Positions 1 to 6,556 of a stretch of 26,448 nucleotides of DNA are shown here, piece by piece. The DNA is from a virus, in the IMG/VR virus record IMGVR_UViG_3300030329_000227, positions 1-26,448 of that record; one strand, given 5' to 3'. Under the pieces are notes generated by a model. It saw only the letters and a program-made list of their open reading frames with translations, was not told the DNA's origin and did not search any database. Each line of letters starts with the position of its first letter. Within the stretch, counting starts at the first letter, position 1. The position numbers and the translations under genes are program-made.

Positions 1-67
1 GTTGCCCATTTATAACCTCTAAATTCTTTTATTGCATTTAAACTATCTTTTGTTATGTTAAGTTTAT
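1..67. repeat. terminal direct repeat, copy 1 (identical to 26382..26448); circular-closure overlap of the contig
   Basis: Bases 1-67 (gttgcccatttataacctct...tgttatgttaagtttat) recur exactly at 26382-26448. The TerL reading frame is continuous across the junction only when the copies are collapsed. Confidence 0.95.
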
Positions 68-1034
68 ATCTACGCATTATATCAATACCTAGATGTATTC
101 CTGCACCTTTCTTAGCAGGTTTTATATTAAAGCCTTGCCTATATATCTCTTCAATACTTTTAGGCTCTGCAGAGTCACCAATTATTTCTGATTGTCTATC
201 TATCCTAAACTCTTTTAGTTTATTTGCCAAATCTCTATTAGTTAATCTCTTTTCATATAGCATCTCTTTAATGTATAAGTTGTCATCAGATTGATATACA
301 GCAACTAAAGCAGAGGGTGAATTAGTAAATCCAAAGTCTAAACCATAACCTATTAATCTTCCTTGTACATCATCAACTAAATTAAAGTTTCTGAATATCA
401 TTGTTTGTACAGAACCTATTTCACCAAGACCATATACCTGCCAATAATCAGGATCAAGGTCTTTTAGCCTTTCAATCTCTGCAATAGTATCTTCATCTAA
501 AAATGGGTTTGCTCTATATGTTGATTTAATAAATGTGCAATCATCTCTAACTACTACTTTATCATATATCCAAGAATAAGGATCAGAAGGGTTGTAGTCT
601 AAATAGATTTTATCTGTAGTTCTAAGTATAAGCTGTTGCCAATCTTCATAAGTAAACTCATTAGCTTCATTTAACCACAGGTAATTACGTTTACGCCCTC
701 TAATTTTTTGGCTCTGATCTACACTAATAAATTCTATTAAATTACCATTAAGAATATATGATAATTCTGATTTATTATGATTATCTTCTGTGTATAGCTC
801 TAGTTCTTTTAGGATAGAAATTACATCACGATATGCTGTTCCTTTAAGTGCAGGGAGTGTTTTTCTGCATATAGTAAATACTTTTCCTGTCTCCTCTAAA
901 CATTTAACAATAAACAACTGACACAGCGAATAGGTCTTAGAACTTCGTGTACCCCCTTGTAAGCACGTTATTCTAGTTTCTGACCTATACGCCTTGTGAA
1001 AAACATTTGTTGTATTAATCTTTCCCTGTGTCAA
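1..1034 (-). CDS. terL: terminase large subunit, 5' portion (about 345 codons). The ORF runs off the window start and continues at 26381->26258. Total 385 aa after collapsing the repeat.
   Basis: Manual minus-strand translation gives LTQGKINTTNVFHKAYRSETRITCLQGGTRSSKTYS (Walker A GGxRSSKT), NYLWLNEANEF (Walker B-like), GYGLDFGFTNSPSALV and IIGDSAEPKSI (nuclease-type acidic motifs). There is no ATG or GTG before Walker A. TTG at 1034..1032 is the first start after an in-frame TAA and overlaps the TerS-like gene by 20 nt. The ORF is absent from the track because it crosses the window edge. Confidence 0.85.
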   Translation of the reverse strand, partial: MTQGKINTTNVFHKAYRSETRITCLQGGTRSSKTYSLCQLFIVKCLEETGKVFTICRKTLPALKGTAYRDVISILKELELYTEDNHNKSELSYILNGNLIEFISVDQSQKIRGRKRNYLWLNEANEFTYEDWQQLILRTTDKIYLDYNPSDPYSWIYDKVVVRDDCTFIKSTYRANPFLDEDTIAEIERLKDLDPDYWQVYGLGEIGSVQTMIFRNFNLVDDVQGRLIGYGLDFGFTNSPSALVAVYQSDDNLYIKEMLYEKRLTNRDLANKLKEFRIDRQSEIIGDSAEPKSIEEIYRQGFNIKPAKKGAGIHLGIDIMRRYKLNITKDSLNAIKEFRGYKWA

Positions 1035-1362
1035 TTACATTAATTTTTAGTTCAGTTAGTGGTTTACCTCCACTAGTAATATCTAGCTTCTCAGCATAAC
1101 CTCTTTCTTTAGCCTTAGACTTTAGATAAAAGATTATACTAGTTTCTTTACCACTAGATATATTTTTAATTAGCTGTCCTTCTACATAGTCAATCTGTGC
1201 TTCCTTAATGTCTTCTACTGCCTGTGCAAATTCAGCATCTTCACGCATATACCTATAGTATGTACTTCTGCTTATGTTACCTGCCTTTTTACAAGCATGA
1301 TAAATAAGTCCTTGCGTTTCTTGTAACGCCTTTAATAGTTTTTCTTTTTTACTCTGTGCCAT
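1015..1362 (-). CDS. terminase small subunit-like HTH DNA-binding protein
   Basis: A 115-aa ORF immediately upstream of, and overlapping, TerL. It has an N-terminal HTH-like segment (GNISRSTYYRYMREDAEF) and an IIFYLKSKAKERGY segment typical of small terminases. The call rests on position and motif only. Confidence 0.6.
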   Translation of the reverse strand: MAQSKKEKLLKALQETQGLIYHACKKAGNISRSTYYRYMREDAEFAQAVEDIKEAQIDYVEGQLIKNISSGKETSIIFYLKSKAKERGYAEKLDITSGGKPLTELKINVIDTGKD

Positions 1363-1367
1363 TTGTA

Positions 1368-1856
1368 TTATTTTATCTTTACGTTATAACCATTTTCTTT
1401 TAAATAATCGTACAGTTGTTTTGCTTTAACCACATCATCTTCTTTTACTGTAATAGTAACACTATCCTCTTTATCATCTTCTAGTTTATCTATATTAACA
1501 TCTAAGTCAATATGCTTAAAACCCCAATCAGTAAGTTCATCAATATCAAATTCATTAGCTAGTATATCCATGTCAAAGTCACCTGTGTTTTTATTTAGTC
1601 GTATATTTAATTCTCTTTCCTCTGCTTTTGATAGGTCTAGTACCACACATTCAATATCAATGTATTTAAGCTCTTTAGCTATTTTTAATCGTTGATGTCC
1701 ACCAACTACAGTATTGTCTTTATTTATTATAATAGGATCAACTAAACCAAACCTTTTAACTGATTCTTTTAAATCGTTGTACTGCTTTGTGCTAATTTGT
1801 CTTGGATTGTATGTAGCAGGTTTTAAATCTGTAATTAATTTATTTTCTATTTTCAT
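1368..1856 (-). CDS. ParB N-terminal (ParB-like nuclease) domain protein
   Basis: LKPATYNPRQIS...LKESVKRFGLVDPIIINKDNTVVGGHQRLKIAKEL matches the ParB/Srx-fold signature (NPR box, GGHxR box). Confidence 0.75.
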   Translation of the reverse strand: MKIENKLITDLKPATYNPRQISTKQYNDLKESVKRFGLVDPIIINKDNTVVGGHQRLKIAKELKYIDIECVVLDLSKAEERELNIRLNKNTGDFDMDILANEFDIDELTDWGFKHIDLDVNIDKLEDDKEDSVTITVKEDDVVKAKQLYDYLKENGYNVKIK

Positions 1857-2136
1857 ATTTTCTTTTGTATTCTATTAGTGCATATACTTGGTTAGTTACA
1901 TTCTCTAAATGTTGAATCCGACAAAACATATTAAACATACTATCTGATTCTGCTTTAATATGACAATCTCTACACAATCCAACTAGGTTTTCTACAAAGT
2001 CATTAGTGACCTTATTTCTAGTTCTACGTTCTATGTGGTGTATATCTGTAGCTCTTGAACCACACATCTCACAAGGTATAAAGTCTTGCTCACCATAATC
2101 AAAGAACTGCATATATACTTTAGTGTGTTTCTGCAT
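1840..2136 (-). CDS. HNH endonuclease (terminase-associated type)
   Basis: CEMCGSRATDIHHIERR...NLVGLCRDCHIKAE gives a CxxC...HH...N...CxxCH HNH/zinc-finger pattern. The gene lies in the packaging cluster. Confidence 0.8.
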   Translation of the reverse strand: MQKHTKVYMQFFDYGEQDFIPCEMCGSRATDIHHIERRTRNKVTNDFVENLVGLCRDCHIKAESDSMFNMFCRIQHLENVTNQVYALIEYKRKYENRK

Positions 2137-2498
2137 TACTCTACTTTACAACTATTTTCATATACTTTTTTAAGTTTACCTAAAGTTTGCTGTACACAAC
2201 TGCCACAACTAGAAGGTCTTTTAGTTTCACCAAACACCTTATTGTATAGCTTTACTAATACTGCCTGATCCTCACCTTTAATCCTGTCACCTTGAACCTT
2301 AGCAATAGTGGTTTCATATATCTTTATTTCATCTTGGGTAAATTGCCTTATGGTTTTATAAGGAAACATTTTATTTAATTTATCCTTGCGTTCCTCACAT
2401 CCACAGTCGTCACCTAAGACAGCTTTAGCAACTTTATCTATACCTGTTGCTTTTAAAGCCTTCTCTATTGAATCTCCTAATCCTTTACTTTTGGTCAT
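2136..2498 (-). CDS. hypothetical protein with GLGD...TGI...CGC and CGSC motifs
   Basis: A 120-aa ORF coupled to both neighbours. The N-terminal GLGDSIEKALKATGIDKVAKAVLGDDCGCEERKDKLN resembles a small motif I recall from other marine phage proteins of unknown function. Confidence 0.6.
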   Translation of the reverse strand: MTKSKGLGDSIEKALKATGIDKVAKAVLGDDCGCEERKDKLNKMFPYKTIRQFTQDEIKIYETTIAKVQGDRIKGEDQAVLVKLYNKVFGETKRPSSCGSCVQQTLGKLKKVYENSCKVE

Positions 2499-2724
2499 TG
2501 TTTAAAGCTTTTAAAATTTTATTTTTTAGTTTAACGTCATCAATTATATCAAATGTTCTTTTTAATATAACATTTATAGAGTTTGTAATAATGTTCATAT
2601 AGTGTGGTTGTTCTGCTAAAAAGTATTCTTTTCCTTTTTCGTCTTTAAAAGATAAAACGCTGTCGGTTTTAAAATCCTCAGTTTTGCATTGCTTCAAAGC
2701 TCTTAGTATCCTAGTTTTTTTCAT
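2485..2724 (-). CDS. hypothetical protein
   Basis: A 79-aa ORF in the gene train with overlapping start and stop. No recognisable motif. Confidence 0.55.
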   Translation of the reverse strand: MKKTRILRALKQCKTEDFKTDSVLSFKDEKGKEYFLAEQPHYMNIITNSINVILKRTFDIIDDVKLKNKILKALNNDQK

Positions 2725-3224
2725 AGTTCATTAATTAAATAGTTCTTGACATTCTTAACTGCCTTATATATTGTAGCTCTTGATATTTTAGTTTCTTTAG
2801 CCATTTGATTAAGACTAAAACCCTCACGATAATATATTCTAAAAATTTCAGCATCAAACCAATATAAGTCTTTTAGTTTTTCCTCAATCCATTCTAACTT
2901 TTGTTCTACTTCTTTTTTGTCTTTTATAGTGTATTCTGTATTGTCAGCTGTGATACTTTCTATTGTAGTAGTAGTGTGATATTCATAATACTTTTTATAC
3001 TTATAGTAATACCTGCTAGTTTTACTATGATATTGATTAAGCATAATTCTAACAATGTAAAAAGTCATTTGACCTCTTTCTATTATTTCTCTTAATCTAA
3101 TCTGATCGCATTTATATATCTCTTCAATAACAAAACTTAACAAATCCTCACCTTTACCATTAGTTATATTATAAGATATATCTTTTAGTTTATCGTAATT
3201 ATCTGTTAAGTATTTGTCTAACAT
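2721..3224 (-). CDS. ECF-like RNA polymerase sigma factor (regions 2 and 4)
   Basis: The C-terminus DAEIFRIYYREGFSLNQMAKETKISRATIYKAVKNVKNYL is a sigma-70 region-4 HTH pattern. The N-terminal EDLLSFVIEEIYK...FYIVRIMLNQYHSKTSRYY is region-2-like. Confidence 0.7.
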   Translation of the reverse strand: MLDKYLTDNYDKLKDISYNITNGKGEDLLSFVIEEIYKCDQIRLREIIERGQMTFYIVRIMLNQYHSKTSRYYYKYKKYYEYHTTTTIESITADNTEYTIKDKKEVEQKLEWIEEKLKDLYWFDAEIFRIYYREGFSLNQMAKETKISRATIYKAVKNVKNYLINEL

Positions 3225-3499
3225 ACTTTGATTATAGAGGGTACTTTATACTGTTTACATAGGTTATACTCTGTGTGACTTAATCTATCTGTGTGTACTT
3301 CAGCTATATTACTGAATCTGTTATGTAGTTTTTTATAAATATAATTTAATATATTTTCGTTTTTTTTCAAATCTCGTAAAACAAAAGACAATGTAGCACC
3401 ACTTTCAAATAAAATTATAAACAAGTAATTGTTAGTATCAGTATAATTCCAATACAATCTTTCGTTTCTACTATTGAAAAATGTTCTTTTAACTATCAT
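3218..3499 (-). CDS. hypothetical protein
   Basis: A 93-aa ORF that is translationally coupled on both sides. Confidence 0.55.
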   Translation of the reverse strand: MIVKRTFFNSRNERLYWNYTDTNNYLFIILFESGATLSFVLRDLKKNENILNYIYKKLHNRFSNIAEVHTDRLSHTEYNLCKQYKVPSIIKVC

Positions 3500-3852
3500 T
3501 TAATTATTCCCTTTAAATAAATATCTATAACTTCTAATGCTTCATCTATTCCTGTACATATTTTTGCATAGTAACCCCTTTCAATTAATTGATCACGCCA
3601 CCACCTTTGTTCATTTGTAGCTTTATTATATCCAACTTTTAATTCTATTGCACATCCAGCATATAATTTTTTATCTATTTTAGAAATTTCATATATAAAC
3701 AAATCAGGGAAGCCACGCTTATATCCACTCTTTTTAGCTTTAATACGTTGTGAATAATGTACCTGGTACTGACCTCCCATTGATCCACAGTATAAAACAT
3801 TTTGTAAGTCTAAGTATTTACATACTGCTTTTTGTAATTGGTATTCTTTCAT
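3496..3852 (-). CDS. VRR-NUC domain nuclease (PD-(D/E)xK fold)
   Basis: LQKAVCKYL...GFPDLFIY...AIELKVGYNKATNEQRWW shows the D...ExK catalytic arrangement typical of VRR-NUC. Confidence 0.75.
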   Translation of the reverse strand: MKEYQLQKAVCKYLDLQNVLYCGSMGGQYQVHYSQRIKAKKSGYKRGFPDLFIYEISKIDKKLYAGCAIELKVGYNKATNEQRWWRDQLIERGYYAKICTGIDEALEVIDIYLKGIIK

Positions 3853-3965
3853 TTAAAAAATTTATAGATTATATAACTTATAATAGGAGTAGTCATTATT
3901 AAGGTTATTAGGTTTATATGTGCTTCACCACACAATCCAAATAAATGCTTTATAAACTCTATCAT
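3849..3965 (-). CDS. small hydrophobic protein (38 aa), below the ORF-track cutoff
   Basis: MIEFIKHLFGLCGEAHINLITLIMTTPIISYIIYKFFK. Its ATG overlaps the TGA of the upstream gene (ATGA), and its TGA overlaps the ATG of the VRR-NUC gene (ATGA). It contains one predicted TM segment. Confidence 0.55.
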   Translation of the reverse strand: MIEFIKHLFGLCGEAHINLITLIMTTPIISYIIYKFFK

Positions 3966-4753
3966 GCCTTATGCTTTTTTCTCCATGTTGTACCTGCTGT
4001 GGGTGAATATACACTTTCAAAACCAAGTTCTTTTAAGTGTTCTAAGTATTCCTGCCTACCTGTATTGTCTAATTTACTGTAAGCAAACTTATCATAATAA
4101 TCAAGGTATTTAGCTTTCTTATTTTTATTAAAACCATTAGATGCCCACCTTTTAAGTCTTAGGTTTATATCAAAGGTTCTCTGCAACTCGGCTCTAAACT
4201 TAGTGCCACTCTTATTTTTCTCTGTCCAATATAGGAAAAAGTTATCTTTATCTTCATTACTAATATCTTCTATTGCGTGGATGGATTTTTTAAAATCCTC
4301 TATTCTTTTATTAATACTTTTACTTTTACTTTTACTACTACTAATACTAATACTAGCATTGCTGTCGCATTGCGTTGGCATAGCGTTTGCATTATTCCAT
4401 CTTTTAGAAGCATTTTCTTTTGCCTTATTAGACTTATTATTTATCTCTTCTATATGGTTATTTAAACGCTTAGAATAAAAGCATCCATCTTCTACTACAA
4501 ACAAATCAAAGTCTTCTATTACTGCTTTAAGTTTATCTGCATCACATTGTAAGCTATAAGCTAAAGGTTCATAGTCATCAATACATAGTTTATTCTCTTC
4601 AGTAAATAATAATTCTAATACTGCCCAGAAGATTCCATAACCCTCCATGCCTAATTTAGAACGCATCTTGATTATCTTATAATCATAAAAGCTATTTGAT
4701 TGATGTAAGAAGTAAGTTTTTTTCATAGTAGTAAATTTAAAGACAACGCCCAT
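3962..4753 (-). CDS. DUF4373 (Lin1244/Lin1753-like) replication initiation-type protein
   Basis: YFLHQSNSFYDYKIIKMRSKLGMEGYGIFWAVLELLFTEEN matches the DUF4373 N-terminal signature. A serine/lysine linker is followed by a C-terminal domain. The alternative start at 4726 (MKKTYFLH) is probably the real one. Confidence 0.75.
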   Translation of the reverse strand: MGVVFKFTTMKKTYFLHQSNSFYDYKIIKMRSKLGMEGYGIFWAVLELLFTEENKLCIDDYEPLAYSLQCDADKLKAVIEDFDLFVVEDGCFYSKRLNNHIEEINNKSNKAKENASKRWNNANAMPTQCDSNASISISSSKSKSKSINKRIEDFKKSIHAIEDISNEDKDNFFLYWTEKNKSGTKFRAELQRTFDINLRLKRWASNGFNKNKKAKYLDYYDKFAYSKLDNTGRQEYLEHLKELGFESVYSPTAGTTWRKKHKA

Positions 4754-4789
4754 ATTACAAAAAATACAGGCATTGTCAAAAATATAAAA

Positions 4790-5248
4790 TTAAAATGGAG
4801 CTTTATTGTCTACAAACTCTAAGTTTTTAACACTTTGTTTGTCATAAACCCAATCAAGCATATTTTCTGCAAAAGTTTGTACCTCTGATATATCTATTTT
4901 ATCATGACATACTAACTCTACTGTTGCTTTTAATACTGCTAGTTTAGATATTCTCCTGTCCTTAGCATCAAAGATTTGTGACTTTTCCTCTTTAGAATAA
5001 AATCTATCATCATTATTTTGAGGCTTAAAGTTATTACTAAAACCTTCTCTTTGTATCTTTATAGTACCTCTATCTGTAAGATCATAAGTAATCTCTTGAC
5101 CTACTTCTACATAAGGATTGTCTTTCTGTTTAAAGATAGCTCCCTTATCTCCATTGTCAAGTTCTAACTCAAAGACATATAATGTTTTACCATCATTAGT
5201 TCTAAATTCAGGCTTCTGTTCAATGTTAGTTATTTTTGCTGTTTTCAT
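4790..5248 (-). CDS. hypothetical protein; possible OB-fold/SSB-like protein
   Basis: A 152-aa ORF next to the replication gene. The N-terminal half is beta-rich, and the C-terminus ends ...EFVDNKAPF, reminiscent of the SSB ...D-x-PF tip. The functional call is weak. Confidence 0.35.
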   Translation of the reverse strand: MKTAKITNIEQKPEFRTNDGKTLYVFELELDNGDKGAIFKQKDNPYVEVGQEITYDLTDRGTIKIQREGFSNNFKPQNNDDRFYSKEEKSQIFDAKDRRISKLAVLKATVELVCHDKIDISEVQTFAENMLDWVYDKQSVKNLEFVDNKAPF

Positions 5249-5250
5249 AT

Positions 5251-5451
5251 CTAGTTATTTAATAATTCATTTATATTTAGATTAAGTATATTACATAATC
5301 TGTTTGCATCATTAATCTTTAACAATCCTGGATTGCTAAGATATTTAAGCATTGTTGGATATGACATGCCCATAATACATGATAATTCTTTTTTACTTAC
5401 CTTATTCTGGAACATGCTATATTCAATAGCCATTTTAAATTTTTCAATCAT
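5251..5451 (-). CDS. XRE/Cro-like HTH transcriptional regulator
   Basis: A 66-aa ORF. VSKKELSCIMGMSYPTMLKYLSNPG...DANRLCNILNLNINELL is an HTH_XRE-like pattern. It is the first gene of the minus-strand train at the divergent region. Confidence 0.7.
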   Translation of the reverse strand: MIEKFKMAIEYSMFQNKVSKKELSCIMGMSYPTMLKYLSNPGLLKINDANRLCNILNLNINELLNN

Positions 5452-5615
5452 AATTAATTATTTAAAATTATACACAATAATAATAAATCTTTTTTAATAC
5501 ACAATTAAATAAATTTAATACTTATTAACAATTCAAATGTTAATAACTAAAAACAAAACTTTACATTGTGTTAAAATTATTTTATATATATTTGTTCTAA
5601 CAAACAATTAAAACT
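5452..5615. promoter_or_regulatory. divergent AT-rich control region with three copies of ACACAAT (two direct, one inverted)
   Basis: ATACACAAT occurs at 5470-5478 and 5497-5505. The inverted ATTGTGT at 5565-5571 overlaps the -33 TTG of the plus-strand promoter. Confidence 0.6.
5566..5594 (+). promoter_or_regulatory. Bacteroidota-type promoter (-33 TTG / -7 TAnnTTTG) for the plus-strand module
   Basis: TTG at 5566-5568, an 18-nt spacer, then TATATTTG at 5587-5594, about 22 nt upstream of the ATG at 5616. This matches the published Bacteroidetes sigma-A consensus TAnnTTTG. Confidence 0.5.
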
Positions 5616-5825
5616 ATGACAAAATTATATTTAGAATCAGGCGAAAAGATAACATTAGAATTTTCACTTATAGAATCAAAAGTAAATACAGAAAAACGTA
5701 TTGAGTATTATACAGGTAAATTAAATAGCTCTAATAATACTGAAGATGTTAAACGATATACTGAATTACTAAAGATTCAAAAGAACAAACTACAATCAAT
5801 TACTAACCTATTAAATAAATTATAA
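5616..5825 (+). CDS. hypothetical small protein (69 aa)
   Basis: First ORF of the plus-strand module. Its stop overlaps the next start (TAATG). Confidence 0.55.
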   Translation: MTKLYLESGEKITLEFSLIESKVNTEKRIEYYTGKLNSSNNTEDVKRYTELLKIQKNKLQSITNLLNKL

Positions 5826-5971
5826 TGAGAACAGTAGAATTAGATACAGCAGATTTATCAACTAAAGAAGGTCGCATTAAATACCTTAATTATAAGAACA
5901 GTAAACAATGGATATTAATTACAGATTGCATGGGTACAGAAGCAGTCTTTGAAAAGATTACAAATGAATAA
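5825..5971 (+). CDS. hypothetical small protein (48 aa), below the ORF-track cutoff
   Basis: MRTVELDTADLSTKEGRIKYLNYKNSKQWILITDCMGTEAVFEKITNE. It fills the gap between two listed ORFs, with a TAATG overlap upstream and an ATGAATAA overlap downstream. Confidence 0.5.
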   Translation: MRTVELDTADLSTKEGRIKYLNYKNSKQWILITDCMGTEAVFEKITNE

Positions 5972-6221
5972 GACATATATAATAGCAGGTAAAGGTTATT
6001 TTCCTGTAAAGAATCAGCAAGACTATACAGTCGTAGGAGTAGATACCTCAGATATACATTGGACACATGACCAAATAACTTTCACAGGAACAGAAAAACA
6101 ATTACAACAGTTTCTAAAAAAGCTTATGAAAGATGAAAAGTATTATAAGGTCATAGGTATACATGAACACAATGAAACAGAAGAGGAATACTATAAACAA
6201 CTATTAACTAAAAAATCATGA
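5964..6221 (+). CDS. hypothetical small protein (85 aa from ATG 5964; the track lists a TTG start at 5949)
   Basis: The ATG at 5964 overlaps the stop of the preceding small ORF. The stop overlaps the next start (ATGA at 6218). Confidence 0.6.
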   Translation: MNKTYIIAGKGYFPVKNQQDYTVVGVDTSDIHWTHDQITFTGTEKQLQQFLKKLMKDEKYYKVIGIHEHNETEEEYYKQLLTKKS

Positions 6222-6478
6222 AACACTATAAAATTAAAAAGCTAGTAAATGGTTACAGAGTTTCACCATTACTAAAGACAAGAACCCTAGTAGCACTACC
6301 ATATATAAATACACATGAAAGCATTAAAGTTGAATGTGGTAATGAGTTTATGGTTGTAAATAAAGAAACACCACTATTGCATAAAGAGTCGTTTAAAGAC
6401 AAGTTTGGAAGGAATAGAAATTATACATTATATTATTATGAGTGGTGTCCTAATGAGAATCAACAAAGGTTATTTTAA
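6218..6478 (+). CDS. hypothetical small protein (86 aa)
   Basis: Last ORF of the plus-strand module, coupled to the previous ORF. Confidence 0.6.
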   Translation: MKHYKIKKLVNGYRVSPLLKTRTLVALPYINTHESIKVECGNEFMVVNKETPLLHKESFKDKFGRNRNYTLYYYEWCPNENQQRLF

Positions 6479-6495
6479 AGGACAATAGACACCCT

Positions 6496-6556
6496 CCTGT
6501 ACGAACACGTTTAGTACAGGTCTAAGGAGATAGTTGCCTGTTACAAGAGACTATCT
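6496..6556. terminator. two adjacent hairpins at the convergent junction (candidate bidirectional terminators)
   Basis: CCTGTAC(6496-6502)...GTACAGG(6514-6520) and AGATAGT(6528-6534)...ACTATCT(6550-6556), in a locally GC-richer patch between convergent genes. The U-tracts are weak. Confidence 0.4.

Noticed and set aside
55-294. 79-aa plus-strand ORF at the window start
   Set aside because: It lies antisense to the well-supported TerL coding sequence and has a low-complexity Leu/Ser/Ile composition. It is a shadow ORF.
3334-3362. Fifth copy of the promoter-like element (AAAC-N13-ATTATATTTATA) inside the 93-aa gene
   Set aside because: It has one mismatch in the 12-mer and a 13-nt rather than 12-nt spacer. 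It is intragenic and not adjacent to a start codon. It is mentioned as a possible sigma-gene promoter but not called as a feature.
2086-4478. Plus-strand ORFs 2086..2268, 2901..3095, 4203..4478 and 4277..4465
   Set aside because: All are antisense to longer minus-strand genes that have recognisable domains or tight coupling. Their Leu/Phe/Ser-rich translations are typical of AT-rich antisense frames. Two of them overlap each other across the hexamer repeat.
5949-5963. TTG start at 5949 for the 90-aa plus-strand ORF as listed in the track
   Set aside because: An ATG at 5964 overlaps the stop of the newly recognised 48-aa ORF in the same coupling style used throughout the module. The TTG extension would overlap that ORF by a further 15 nt.
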